This document shows positions 1-11,200 of a DNA stretch of 64,000 bases, piece after piece. The DNA comes from Albugo candida (taxonomy: Eukaryota), in NCBI GenBank assembly GCA_040437565.1, contig JBDOQK010000008.1, positions 310,001 through 374,000 on the forward strand. The letters are read 5' to 3'. Made by a program: the position numbers and the translations under genes. Every line of letters starts with the position of its first letter. Within the stretch, counting starts at the first letter, position 1. The notes beneath the pieces were generated by a model. The model saw only the letters and a program-made list of their open reading frames with translations. It made no database searches and was not told the DNA's origin.

Positions 1-557
1 TCATACAATTCAAGCATCATTGTGGAGGTCCCACGAAGAACATAAAGAGTTGCATCATTCGATAAATACAGAACACATCTTGCTTCCTAATAACCTTTCC
101 AACATTATACGAGATTTTGGGCTCAGTCATCTCACAGAATGCGACACGTTTCGTTGATAACAATTCCACGATACTCGTGCCACGTGAAGCAGTATATCAA
201 ATATATTCGTTGTGGCGTTTCTCCATGCATTACGCCAGCTGAATTTACGTGTCTACCAGATCTGCCAATTCATATCATGATGACCAGTTTTATTGTCACG
301 ATTATTTTCGCTTTCGAAACGTTTTCAGTTATCAAATATTCGTTTATGCGAAGAGCCGCATTCCGAGCATTTATTACACATATATTACACCTCGATTCTA
401 AAAATAGAGAAGTTCATCCAGTTCTATCAATAGGAAGCTGACTTTTATTGACTGACAGGTCGATTGTATGTCGCAAAATCCACTGATAATTCGCTCATGT
501 GAAAGCACTTACCAATTCTGATTATAGGTTACTGCATATCTAGTTCTCGCCGTACCG

Positions 558-2048
558 ATGACCCAACCACCACGTGAAGTATCATACAATCGACATCGAG
601 AAAATGTCACGCGTGAAATGGCTTTGAAGCACTCACGAGCATCCAGGTCGCACTTTTTGAGTGCATCCAGTCGTTCTTTGACCGGTTTGGGCGCTACGAA
701 GAGGAACCAATTTCAACGAAGGAGTATTTGTGGACAATGGGTCGAGGATGATTCAATTCAACTATGCACAAACTGTGAGAAAGACTTTACGATTTTTGTG
801 CGTCGGCACCACTGTCGTATTTGCGGACTCATATTTTGCGGCCCTTGTTCTCGCACTCGGATGGTTTTACCTTTATCCGTTTCAAAAGGAGTAGACGGCG
901 CAATTTACACGACACGATTGCGTGTGTGTGATGGTTGCGCATCCTATGTGCAACGAAAAGCAACGGTCGATCAACTTGCGAAAGTTGGTAAAGAAGTCAT
1001 ACAAAACATTGATCACTCTAATCGCTTGTCCGATCCAAATGTATCTAATGGCGCGTCAAAATCACCGATCAAATCCGAGTATCATGTCGAAAAGCTCAAA
1101 AACGACTTTATGCTTATTCGTTTATTTGGTTATGCCATTGCGTATTGGTCCATTTGGAAAGAAGTCACGACATTCAATCCAGCAGTTTGGATCATATTCA
1201 TCGGACTGCTAAAATGTGTGGTGGAATGTATTATGACTCTCAGAGGCACGTTATGCTTGAAACTGCGAGCGGAACGGATCATATTCAAAAAATTGAGGGG
1301 GCAGAATAGAAAAATCGAAGTCAAAGCCGACCCGGTGAATAGATTGAGCTCGGCATGGTCGTCTCCGAGAGGATCGGAGGATAGTAAAAAGCTTGCAATC
1401 CTTGATGACAATCAGCGCATATCGCTAATTGATTTAGGCGAACAAACGCTGGATACATTGTGGAATCTTGGCAATTCGACAGAAGATTGGCAGATAGAGT
1501 CTTCAATGCACGATGATGTCAATCTCTCATCACGAGATGCGAAACCAGTCCGAATGTACAAGTGTGAAGTTCTTGTTGATGCTCCAATGGAAGAGCTCTT
1601 CGACATTCTTCATACTAAATTTGAAGATAGCAATACTTGGAACGGTAGCTCAGAAGAAAGTAAAATTTTGGGCGCGTTAAATGAGTGCACCGATTTGATA
1701 TACATCAAAAGTGTGGCTGCATTAAAAGGTTTGATAACAAGTCGAGATTTTGTCAATGTCCGCACATGGCGTAAAGACTTGAACGGGTACACAATCGCCA
1801 TCAATTGTGCTGGTAAAGCCTTACTACCAGGCACAAAGGACGTTGTACGCGGTGAGAGCGGACCTTGTGGTTTTATCATACTTCCAGTCCGAGGCCATGA
1901 GAAGAAAGCCAAGCTCATTTGGGTCCTGAATGTTGACATCAAAGGCTTTTTTCCGTCCAGTATGATAAAAAAAGGAAGTCTCAGTGAAATGGATTGTTTT
2001 GTTCGGAACCTTCGACGACACATCACGGCTCTACGTGCAAATAGGTAG
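558..2048 (+). CDS. FYVE zinc finger + hydrophobic (putative TM) segment + START lipid-transfer domain (STARD3/STARD1-like)
   Basis: 496-aa ORF. Complete FYVE signature: WVED, CTNC, RRHHCRICG, FCGPC, RVCDGC. Hydrophobic stretch FMLIRLFGYAIAYWSIW...AVWIIFIGLLKCVVECIM. C-terminal START motifs SRDFVNVR, RGESGPCGFII, KLIWVLNVDIKG. Confidence 0.9.
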   Translation: MTQPPREVSYNRHRENVTREMALKHSRASRSHFLSASSRSLTGLGATKRNQFQRRSICGQWVEDDSIQLCTNCEKDFTIFVRRHHCRICGLIFCGPCSRTRMVLPLSVSKGVDGAIYTTRLRVCDGCASYVQRKATVDQLAKVGKEVIQNIDHSNRLSDPNVSNGASKSPIKSEYHVEKLKNDFMLIRLFGYAIAYWSIWKEVTTFNPAVWIIFIGLLKCVVECIMTLRGTLCLKLRAERIIFKKLRGQNRKIEVKADPVNRLSSAWSSPRGSEDSKKLAILDDNQRISLIDLGEQTLDTLWNLGNSTEDWQIESSMHDDVNLSSRDAKPVRMYKCEVLVDAPMEELFDILHTKFEDSNTWNGSSEESKILGALNECTDLIYIKSVAALKGLITSRDFVNVRTWRKDLNGYTIAINCAGKALLPGTKDVVRGESGPCGFIILPVRGHEKKAKLIWVLNVDIKGFFPSSMIKKGSLSEMDCFVRNLRRHITALRANR

Positions 2049-2384
2049 CAGTCATAAAACGTTATTTTCTTGAAGCAACTATTTATTTAAGATGACATAG
2101 AGAAGGTGGTGTTGAGTCACCGAAAGTGGTTTTGGTGCTTCGATCACTTTCACTTTTCGCAGTGTCTCGAAAAATGACTCAAACAGAAAGATGTTGGACT
2201 TTGAGCTTCGTAATAGTATTTCCTTAGCTCCCTCAAAAACGTGTGATCACCCCAAAATATGTTTATTACTATAGCCGTTGTTTTTGGGCTAGTAGTCATG
2301 CGTGGTAAAAGTGCTAACCTTTCTGTGACACGTTTAGATTGATAAATAAGCAAGAAAATGCCGAGTAATATTATGATTGTACAT

Positions 2385-3494
2385 TCAGACAGCTATGCCT
2401 GCCGCACAGAGGGCATGGTGAGCATTGTAAGCATGTTTTTGTAGCCGTGGATCTTGTACACACTGCCAGTTTTTGGTAAATGCGACCACGCTTTTGGTAT
2501 GCTGTGAGGTTTTTAATGTAGCGGATATAAATGGACTTAACAGTGCGATGATGCGCAGACAGGCGCGCTGAAGTTCAGGATCCGCAGTTGGCCCACCGGA
2601 AGCATATTTGACAACATCGTGCCAGCCATGAAAATCCCCCACCGCCTCCTGGCAATGTCTCTTCTCGCATAATACGTTGAGGGCTACATGTGCCAGTTTT
2701 GACAGACTTTTGTTTTTTGATCGCAGCGACGTCACCAAATGACTCAAAAGGGATTTCATCATTTCCGTGTTCTTTATGCTTTCTTCGCTGGCCAATGATA
2801 TCAAACCAAGAACCCCTTGAATCCTTGCGTCATCAAATTTGCTTTGCAGCAGCCCATTGATTGCCTTGATGGCACTGTTCACGTGCTCAATGGTCGACGG
2901 AGTTGGCGTCGTGATGGCAGAAATGGGTCGCTTTATAACCTTTGTCGGGCTATTCTTTTCCACTAATAATTGATATTTTCGGAATGAGGTTTGTAATTCG
3001 GCATAACCGTGCATCAAACTGATGATATCGCCTTCTCGGCGCTGCAACTCAACAACGCAAGTCTTGTTTGCTGTCTTGAATAGAGTGATGTTAAACATCA
3101 CCCTATATGAGCTCTTATCGCGGCGATATTCCACTACCCATTTGCATTTTTCGGCTTTGAAAACAAAGTCGGTGTCTTTAGCGCACAAAAACTGACCAAT
3201 TATCATGCAAACGCGCGAAATGGAATCGCTCTTTACATGGAAATGTGTGTGTGCCTCGAGCCGAAAGGGACGTGGGGGCAACTGGCGGGGAATCACCGTT
3301 CCATAATTCGTTTGATCGGTACGTGTTCCAAATGTGATCGGTTGAGAACTCGATGCGCTTGCTGACGCTTTTTTTGAGTGAGTGTACGTTTGTGTTGGAC
3401 CTTCGAACGGCATATTTGGGTTGTAAAGAGATATATTTGAACGGTGACCAGTCGCAATGGATCGATATTGTACGCGATTGGATTCGTCACTCAT
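2385..3494 (-). CDS. Hypothetical protein with KA1-like domain followed by ARM/HEAT-like helical repeats
   Basis: Open frame from ATG at 3494 (MSDESNRVQY) to stop at 2385, 369 aa. The ORF-track extension crosses an N gap and is not trusted. Segment VMFNITLFK...VVELQRREGD...LMHGYAEL resembles KA1. The C-terminal half is amphipathic helical (ARIQGVLGLISLA, LAHVALNVLC, LQRACLRIIALL). Confidence 0.7.
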   Translation of the reverse strand: MSDESNRVQYRSIATGHRSNISLYNPNMPFEGPTQTYTHSKKASASASSSQPITFGTRTDQTNYGTVIPRQLPPRPFRLEAHTHFHVKSDSISRVCMIIGQFLCAKDTDFVFKAEKCKWVVEYRRDKSSYRVMFNITLFKTANKTCVVELQRREGDIISLMHGYAELQTSFRKYQLLVEKNSPTKVIKRPISAITTPTPSTIEHVNSAIKAINGLLQSKFDDARIQGVLGLISLASEESIKNTEMMKSLLSHLVTSLRSKNKSLSKLAHVALNVLCEKRHCQEAVGDFHGWHDVVKYASGGPTADPELQRACLRIIALLSPFISATLKTSQHTKSVVAFTKNWQCVQDPRLQKHAYNAHHALCAAGIAV

Positions 3495-4002
3495 TGAGTC
3501 AAGAGTGCCATAAATCGGCTTATTGCTTTCCTCAAATAANNNNNNNNNNNNNNNNNNNNNNNNNNNNNNNNNNNNNNNNNNNNNNNNNNNNNNNNNNNNN
3601 NNNNNNNNNNNNNNNNNNNNNNNNNNNNNNNNNNNNNNNAGTACGTTCCAGCAAAGACATGTATTATGACAATGATCGATTTCCACGCTACCCGCAAGTG
3701 ACTGGCACTTGATGTTTGGGCGTTTCTTGTGAGTATTATAGATAGTTTTTATTATATTCATACGTATACACTCTACATCACAACACGTGGACGTGGACCA
3801 CTGTGCCTCATAATTGACTCAACAATCACAATCTATCAATCAGCCAATTGTTTCTGCCGCACTTTACTATCACGAACGTTATCGACGCAGCCGAAATTGC
3901 TGTTTTCTAACACATACCTCAAATGTGCTCACTTTGGACCTGCCTTGGCTTCTGATTCGGAGTGCTGTTAAAATTTATTAAATTCTGCAGTAGGAATTAC
4001 TA

Positions 4003-5878
4003 ATGTCGAAACGGGTGAAATCTGTTCCGTCGAATGGATCTACAAAGAATATTCTGGGTCAGCTTGCTCTGAACGAAATTCCACTTGAAAAAGTTTTGAG
4101 TTGGAAACTGTTTCAATTTGATCATGTACCACAACCCGACACGAATACTGCGGATCCGTCAAATATTGCAACCGTACTTACGCAGTCGATTGAAACTTCT
4201 TCTGAGTTTGTGACTGGTCTAAGGTGTGGAACGTGCGAAGTGAGTGCATTCGAGTCATCTGAAGCACAATATTATCATTTCAAATCGGAGTTACATCGGA
4301 CAAACCTCAAACGCAAAGCAAAAGGCCTTCCACCAATCACTTCATCCTCAGACTTGCCGTCTGATTCCCCAGACTCAGAGTCGGACGACTCAACATCTTC
4401 AAAGTCGGAGGAAGAAATCGAAAGAAGGCATCCGACCGAACCTGTTATTCTCTTCGCAGATGATATAAATGTACACAAGGTAACTCAGATGTCTGTTTTG
4501 GCTTGCTCCTCAACTTACTGTAAGATACTCAGATATATAAAACTCTGCTCACTGAACCCAAAGCAGAAGTCGATTTCAAAGACTCACTAATTCGACTTTG
4601 TAATTCAAATTGGAAATGGGCAATTTTTTTATTGCGCAGTGGACGATTTGCTGGAGCCATCTTCCAGAGGAATTTAGCGATTGTTCATAAAACCTTTCAA
4701 CGATACACGACAAGAAGGAAACAAGGAGGGAGTCAGACCGCTCACGATGCATCCGGTAATCGATCCAAGTCTGCCGGTGCAACTCTGCGTCGATACAATG
4801 AGAGCGCGTTGAAGGGAGATATTCACGATATATTGACTCAGTGGAAAGCAGAGTTGGCAACTACCGAACTTATTTTCATTGCATCAGGGAGGGCTGATCA
4901 AAGCACGTTTTTTGGAGCGAAAGACCTTTTTGATACAAATGATCCCCGGATACGTCGAATACCATTCGCAACATATCGGCCAACATTTGAAGAGGTTTAC
5001 TATGCTTTGTAAATATGACAAGCTTTCCAATAATTCGACTGTTTTAGGTGTGCCGCGTGCGTGCCAAATTACAAAGTGTTAAATTTTGCTCCATATCTAC
5101 GATGCTACAATCACCGCAGAAGAGAGCCCCAACCACGACTCAGGCGATACTCAAGATGACCGCTGAAAAGCATGCGAAATGCAACATTGCTGTCGAAGTG
5201 CCACAAGTTAAAGCGGTTAAGAAGACAGTACCGACTATCATCCAGAATTTACGAGATGGCAATCATGACGCTGTACAAGCTGAAATCAATAATCGTGACG
5301 TGAACGGTGTGAGCATCAATGTGGCAGACTCTGAAGGCATGACCTTGTTACACCACGCGGTGAATGTCGACACAACTTATCTGGTGTCTTTCCTGCTCGA
5401 GAATGGCGCGAATCCATCCCTGATGGATTTTCGAAACCGTCCACCTTACTTGTTATGCATCTCCAAAGGAACTCGTGATGTATTTCGTCGCTTTCTTGCG
5501 AAGCACCCCGATGCTTGGGACTATACCAACTCTCACATACCAAGCCCTCTGACCGAAGAAATGAAGCAACGTAAACGTGAGAAAGAAAACGAGAAGCGTC
5601 GACGGGCGAGAGATCGTAAGAAGGAGCAGAAAAAAATTCTTGCGGAAGAAGCCCTGCATAAAAAGCGGGAACGAATAGCTAAAGAGGAGGAAGAAGCGCG
5701 CCAAAAAGAACGGGATAGGAGGGATATGGAAGCAGCGAATGCCTGTTCATTCTGCGGAAAATCCTCGGGCCCGACTCCATTTACGCGATTGGAATACAGA
5801 TATTGTTCGGTAATTTGTGTTCAGAACCACCGGCGACAATTGCTCAGTGAAGCGGCACTCCGACGTTTAAAAATGTAA
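4003..5878 (+). CDS. ANKZF1: VMS1/ANKZF1 ribosome-quality-control peptidyl-tRNA endonuclease (3 exons, ~589 aa)
   Basis: Exons 4003-4479, 4533-4994, 5048-5878; GT-AG introns of 53 nt each restore one frame. C2H2 finger CGTC...HFKSELHRTNLKRK, VLRF1 core SGRFAGAIF...HKTFQRYTTRRKQGGSQ...SAGATLRRYNE, ankyrin repeat GMTLLHHAV...FLLENGANP, coiled coil, treble clef CSFC...YCSVICVQNH, VIM-like RQLLSEAALRR. Confidence 0.93.
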
Positions 5879-5924
5879 GAATTAAATCCTCAATAAGAAT
5901 CAACACTCAATTCAAACCGATATT

Positions 5925-6756
5925 ATGAACGTGCCTCTTGATGATGCTACACTGCAACGTGTGTATGCATGGATCGATGAAATACCGTTATCGAGACCTA
6001 AAAAGAATATTTCACGTGACTTTAGTGATGGGATTTTAGTTGCCGAAGTGGTTGCTTACTACTTCCCTAAATTGGTACAAATGCATAACTATAGTGCTGC
6101 TAATGCGATAAAGCAGAAACAGTACAACTGGCATACACTTCATCGTACGATCACGTTTAGTTTGCAATGAGTCTTTGGTGTTAATAGATTTGCCAGGAAA
6201 AGTTCTAAGACGGCTCCATATCGTTTTGAGCAAGGACGAGATTAATGATTTGGTACAGTGTCGCAACGGAGCGATCGAGCAACTTCTTTTGAAATTGCAA
6301 GTCAAAGTATGTCATGGCCTTGATGATACGTACTACTTTAAGGCTGATGGCAGTGATTTGTAGATTGCCACCTATCAAGAGCATCGGTCATCGCGAAAGA
6401 ACGATGAGGAAGACGAGGACTCGGGGAAGGATGATGTGGACTGTATGAATAAACCATCAAATGGTCGAGATAGTGGAAGTCTGACAGACGTAGCCTCGCG
6501 TCTCGATATTCCGACACCATCCAGTGCTAATGCATCTATCTCAGCGTCTAATCGAAGCGATCGAAACAGCTTGGACCTCAACATCGCTGAAAGTAGGGCT
6601 CACGAAATTCTGAAAGAAAAAGAGCAAACAATTACGGAATTGCAGGAAACAAATCAGATTCTAGAGCTAAAGATACAGAAACTTGAGCAATTGGTTCGAC
6701 TGAAAGACGGCAAAATTCAAACACTTGTAACTAAATTACGATCCCAAAATTTATAA
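5925..6756 (+). CDS. SPEF1: Sperm flagellar protein 1 (SPEF1/CLAMP): CH-like domain + C-terminal coiled coil (3 exons, ~240 aa)
   Basis: Exons 5925-6144, 6197-6306, 6364-6756; introns of 52 and 57 nt, GT-AG. N-terminus WIDEIPLSRPKKNISRDFSDGILVAEVV...HNYSAAN...NW and C-terminus LQETNQILELKIQKLEQLVRLKD are typical of SPEF1. Confidence 0.92.
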
Positions 6757-7328
6757 GCGTACTTCGTGACATTGTTATCGTTCAGCCGCAGCTCATAATA
6801 GTGCATCATATCAATACTAATACATAGTCATTTAGTGTAAATATATTCTGGTAGAAAATGCCCAAGTTTTTGAGTGATTGAAAACGACCACTTTAATCCG
6901 TTTACAGTTGTCATTCTTTACGACTACTTATTAGCGAGTGTTCCGTTTCCATTACACTGTGACCCTGAGTCATGACCGATTCCACTTTGTGCTTCAACTT
7001 TTGAACAAAAGTTGCTGATATTCAAATGATAGAGGTGATGATAAGTTATTTCTATTGAGTGAGCCCCATCGCAGGATTAAGGTGGCTATAATTCAGCTCT
7101 TATTCTATTCCGACAGTCTCGCCATAACGTGTTCACTTCTAGTCATATCTGTAGGTGGAGTCTTCAAGACGTATCGACATCGGACCCGTGCTTCTTTTCG
7201 GTGTAATCGAGCCTTACTTCAAGAGCTCCTTCAGTAAAGGATCATATATGGATACAAATAATTGAGATACGTTTTGCCTATCTACCCAGTACATCGAAAA
7301 TATTTCTTATCCAAGCATCCTGAATCCT

Positions 7329-7674
7329 CTCAGATTTCGCGGAAAACCAGCTATCTCCGAGTTTGATTAGCTAGCTGTATCACACTTCTTCTTTAATATC
7401 TGAATATTGACTCCGGGTCAAAATGAAAAGTCTAAAACTCTTACGCATGGTNNNNNNNNNNNNNNNNNNNNNNNNNNNNNNNNNNNNNNNNNNNNNNNNN
7501 NNNNNNNNNNNNNNNNNNNNNNNNNNNNNNNNNNNNNNNNNNNNNNNNNNNCTCAGATTTCGCGGAAAACCAGCTATCTCCGAGTTTGATTAGCTAGCTG
7601 TATCACACTTCTTCTTTAATATCTGAATATTGACTCCGGGTCAAAATGAAAAGTCTAAAACTCTTACGCATGGT
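7329..7674. repeat. Gap-flanking direct duplication (7329-7451 = 7552-7674); uncollapsed contig overlap
   Basis: Identical 123 nt on both sides of a 100-N gap. Confidence 0.9.
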
Positions 7675-7806
7675 GAGGAGCGCATCAGACCGGAAACTTG
7701 TTCGGTTGACAGCATTGCGGCAATCTACCACGCAAAATAAGTTCTGGTGATATCAGACCATGCTTGGACCAATCAAAAGTGACCAGTAGTCGGTGTGGCA
7801 AAGCAC

Positions 7807-8028
7807 ATGATCGAAGTAATTCTAAACGATCGCTTGGGTAAAAAAGTTCGTGTTAAATGCAACGAAGATGATACAATAGGTGACTTGAAAAAGCTTGTTG
7901 CAGCTCAAGTGGGTACTCGACCAGAGAAAATTCGGATTCAGAAATGGTATACAATCTATAAGGATCATATCACCTTGGAAGACTATGAGATACATGATGG
8001 CATGGGGCTGGAGCTATATTACACATAA
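7807..8028 (+). CDS. UBL5: Ubiquitin-like protein 5 (HUB1), 73 aa
   Basis: [34 protein letters not shown]...[22 protein letters not shown] matches the very conserved UBL5/Hub1 sequence with the terminal di-tyrosine. ATG at 7807. Confidence 0.97.
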   Translation: MIEVILNDRLGKKVRVKCNEDDTIGDLKKLVAAQVGTRPEKIRIQKWYTIYKDHITLEDYEIHDGMGLELYYT

Positions 8029-8237
8029 TCTAGCATATACTCCGTAACGACACGCGTCTGGAGCTGTATCGCCTTGTACTATTATTAGTGCAGGAATATC
8101 TAGGTCAAGTCTGGATTAGTACTACTTACTCAATAAACAGCTTTTCATGTATTTCATGTAATGGTCTAATAGCTCATTTTAGCGGGATGAATTCTATCTA
8201 AAAATAATCGTAGCTAGCACGCCAAGCGCCATCTTTG

Positions 8238-11200
8238 ATGGGTGCTGAAGTATCCAAACTTCTAAGAAGTGAAGGTCTAGACACGTTCGAGCGGTCCAGC
8301 ATCCACGAAAGTGAATCAAACGAGGATAATCGTAAGTCAAGTCGTATTGCAGCTACTTGGATCAAAAATGATAGCATGTTTGAATTTTGCAAGCACTGGA
8401 ATCTCAGAATCTTGCTAGATTTTTTACGATTTTATATGCATTGCAATGAGCAACACCAGAGCTCGAAAGGAATTCCAGCCATGATGGCGGTCGAGACAGC
8501 CCTTCCTGCTATCGAAGAGGCCGAACAAAGAAAAACATATCTGGACTCGTTGATAGATACAATACAAAACGAGATCAGCGATATTGTGTCGGCATCTACA
8601 GCACAAGGTGACAAAAAAAAGGAGCNNNNNNNNNNNNNNNNNNNNNNNNNNNNNNNNNNNNNNNNNNNNNNNNNNNNNNNNNNNNNNNNNNNNNNNNNNN
8701 NNNNNNNNNNNNNNNNNNNNNNNNNCACCAGAGCTCGAAAGGAATTCCAGCCATGATGGCGGTCGAGACAGCCCTTCCTGCTATCGAAGAGGCCGAACAA
8801 AGAAAAACATATCTGGACTCGTTGATAGATACAATACAAAACGAGATCAGCGATATTGTGTCGGCATCTACAGCACAAGGTGACAAAAAAAGGAGCGTCT
8901 ATCGAGTTTAGATGCTAGAAAGTCAAGAATTGCAAGGAAGAAGCTCGTTTGTGAAGAAAAACTCGCAGAGTTGAGCCAAATAGTTTCACCAGCCATCGCT
9001 AGTGTTGATCTGTCTATCGAGGTGAGGTGGAAAATTTTAAATCGTACAATTGAGGCAATAGGAAAGAAGTACGTCTTACAGAGCAGCGAGACAACTGTAG
9101 AAACATCGATCGCTGATTTATCTGCAACAAATTCAGCCACACGGCACCCTGCTTGTGGTGCATACCTTATGAATCGCATCGATACATCAGAGTATCAGTT
9201 GTATGATAATACGTACGGCCAAATTCCCCCTTCCTATTCGTATGATACGAATGGTGATACAGACCAAAGTGCCGATATTTCTGATTCAGATAGCTCGATG
9301 GTCAGTGAATCCAGTGATATGTCGATCGCTGCTGAAGGTAGCAGCTTGATTTCAAAAGATGAGAACGATTGCAGATCGGACGAACAAGTCACTGATAAAG
9401 AAAATTCCAACGTCCGTGAAGAGATCAAGACGAAATTTAAACAGGACTCAGCATCTAAAAAGCTTTCTTCGCCAGCGCGGTGCAAGAATTACACTAGAGC
9501 ACGTGAAAATCGACTTGCTAGCTCACAACATTCTTCTATGCTTGATACATTCCCAAAATTGAATACCGAATTTACTTTGAAAGCATTTTCCGCAAGCTTT
9601 AATGCTGGTCTGCGCAATCCAGTATTTTTTTGCTGTAACTTAGATAAAGTCACGACTCAGCAAGCTTTCGCGATATCTACGAAAGAGAATGCAGAATTGG
9701 AGCATGAAAAGCAATGCATAGAACAAAAAGTACAGCAGCTGAATGCAAAATTAGAGCAATCTATCGCATCCGAAGACGCGAAGCTAAGAGCCTTGACACA
9801 AAAAGAAAAGGAATATCATGAGAAGCGCGACAAATTCTGGAGCAAACGTCTCAAGGATCTTGAGCAAGCTCGAGCTGAACTAAACTCCGAGGACTTAACT
9901 TTGCAGTCACGTGAAAATCAGCAATCACATATACGAAATTCGTACGATCAGGAAGATCGAGAGATACAATCGAAGAAAATCCATCTGGAAGAAAAGATGC
10001 AGAACGCAAGAACGCAACGTAATCTGGAAGTCAATAAACTTCGAAATATGGTTGAATCTGAGGAGCCACTAGGCGCATCTCGTTTGGAATATCATGAACA
10101 AGAGATTCGACGCTATGAGGATGAGATTCATAGTGCAAGAAATTTTCTCGAAAAAGCACAAGAAGATTTCGTTTCTTTTAGATCATACAATAATCACACG
10201 CTTGTGTTGCCAGGTTCTAAGCAAGATCGGCAACAGCGTGGTCAGCTTCTCCACATCGAAGGCCAAATACGGCGTTACGAAAAGGAATTGAAATCGCTGT
10301 GCACCGTATTCGAAAATGAGCTTTACCTTCTCGAGCGGTCGAAAATGGTTTATCAAAGAGAATCTCGTTTGGCACCACTTTATAACAGCCTTCGAGGATG
10401 TACCAAGTCTCAGACACTCGCAAGCGCTCTGGGTAGAGCACCTACGCTTTTAGACGTAGCAGTAGCGTTTTTGATTGGAATGAAGAAGCCTTCATTAACG
10501 ACCCGGATAAAGTTTCTATTCAATATCTATGCTGCAGGATCGAGTTACGCATTGAAATCTACAAAGAGAATGTTTAAAGATTCGCCATCGGATATGAAAA
10601 ACCAAATTCGCGTTTTAACTTGCAAGTCGTTCACATTGGTTCTGCAACAAGTAGTACAAATTTTGATGCGGCTACTTCCTATGCAGTCGGATAAAAGTCT
10701 TACTCAGGAGAAGATTCAGGGTATTGCGCAGCGCGAATATTTGCTTTTAATGAGATCAAAAGAATGGAACAGCACATGTCTACGTACTCCCACGTCTCCG
10801 CAAGGACAACTTCCGAGATTCGGAACTTCCAAAGAGCTTGCTAACTCTCATGTTTTAACATGCATGGAATTTACAGAGTTTTGTATAGCCTGTATCAAGC
10901 GATCTCCGCAACTTAGTCGGTTTTTTGGTCAACAATGCTCATGTGAACATTTGGGAAGATACTTGATGCAAAATATCAGTGCAACACATCGCTATAAATT
11001 AGGTTTGGTCCCGGTTGAAAATCTCAAGTATGTACTCACTCGGAGGCAATTGGAATATCGTGAGGAACTCTCGCCATGGAGTAAACTGAAGATCCACAAA
11101 ATGGCTTTAGCAATGGGGAAATTCGATACATTGAAAGCAAACTACAGAGTCGATCTTCGAGCCCAAAAGGTCAATGCATTATCAAATGTGATTCCACTCA

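Noticed and set aside
139-441. 100-aa ORF upstream of the FYVE-START gene
   Set aside because: No recognisable motif; compatible with a chance ORF or the promoter/5' end of a neighbouring gene outside the window.
1610-2026. Antisense ORFs overlapping long genes (here and at e.g. 17052-17519, 49491-49967, 56951-57334)
   Set aside because: They are shadow frames of well-supported coding strands with no independent motifs.
3495-3761. N-terminal extension of the minus-strand 458-aa ORF
   Set aside because: It reads through a 100-N gap of unknown true length, so frame continuity across the gap is meaningless.
8172-8180. Oomycete initiator-like GCTCATTTT upstream of ATG 8238
   Set aside because: Short, lacks a clear downstream FPR element, and is expected by chance; needs TSS data.
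8880-8900. Programmed frameshift or pseudogenisation at the A7 run
   Set aside because: The other copy of the same sequence has A8 and keeps the frame; a homopolymer sequencing error is simpler.
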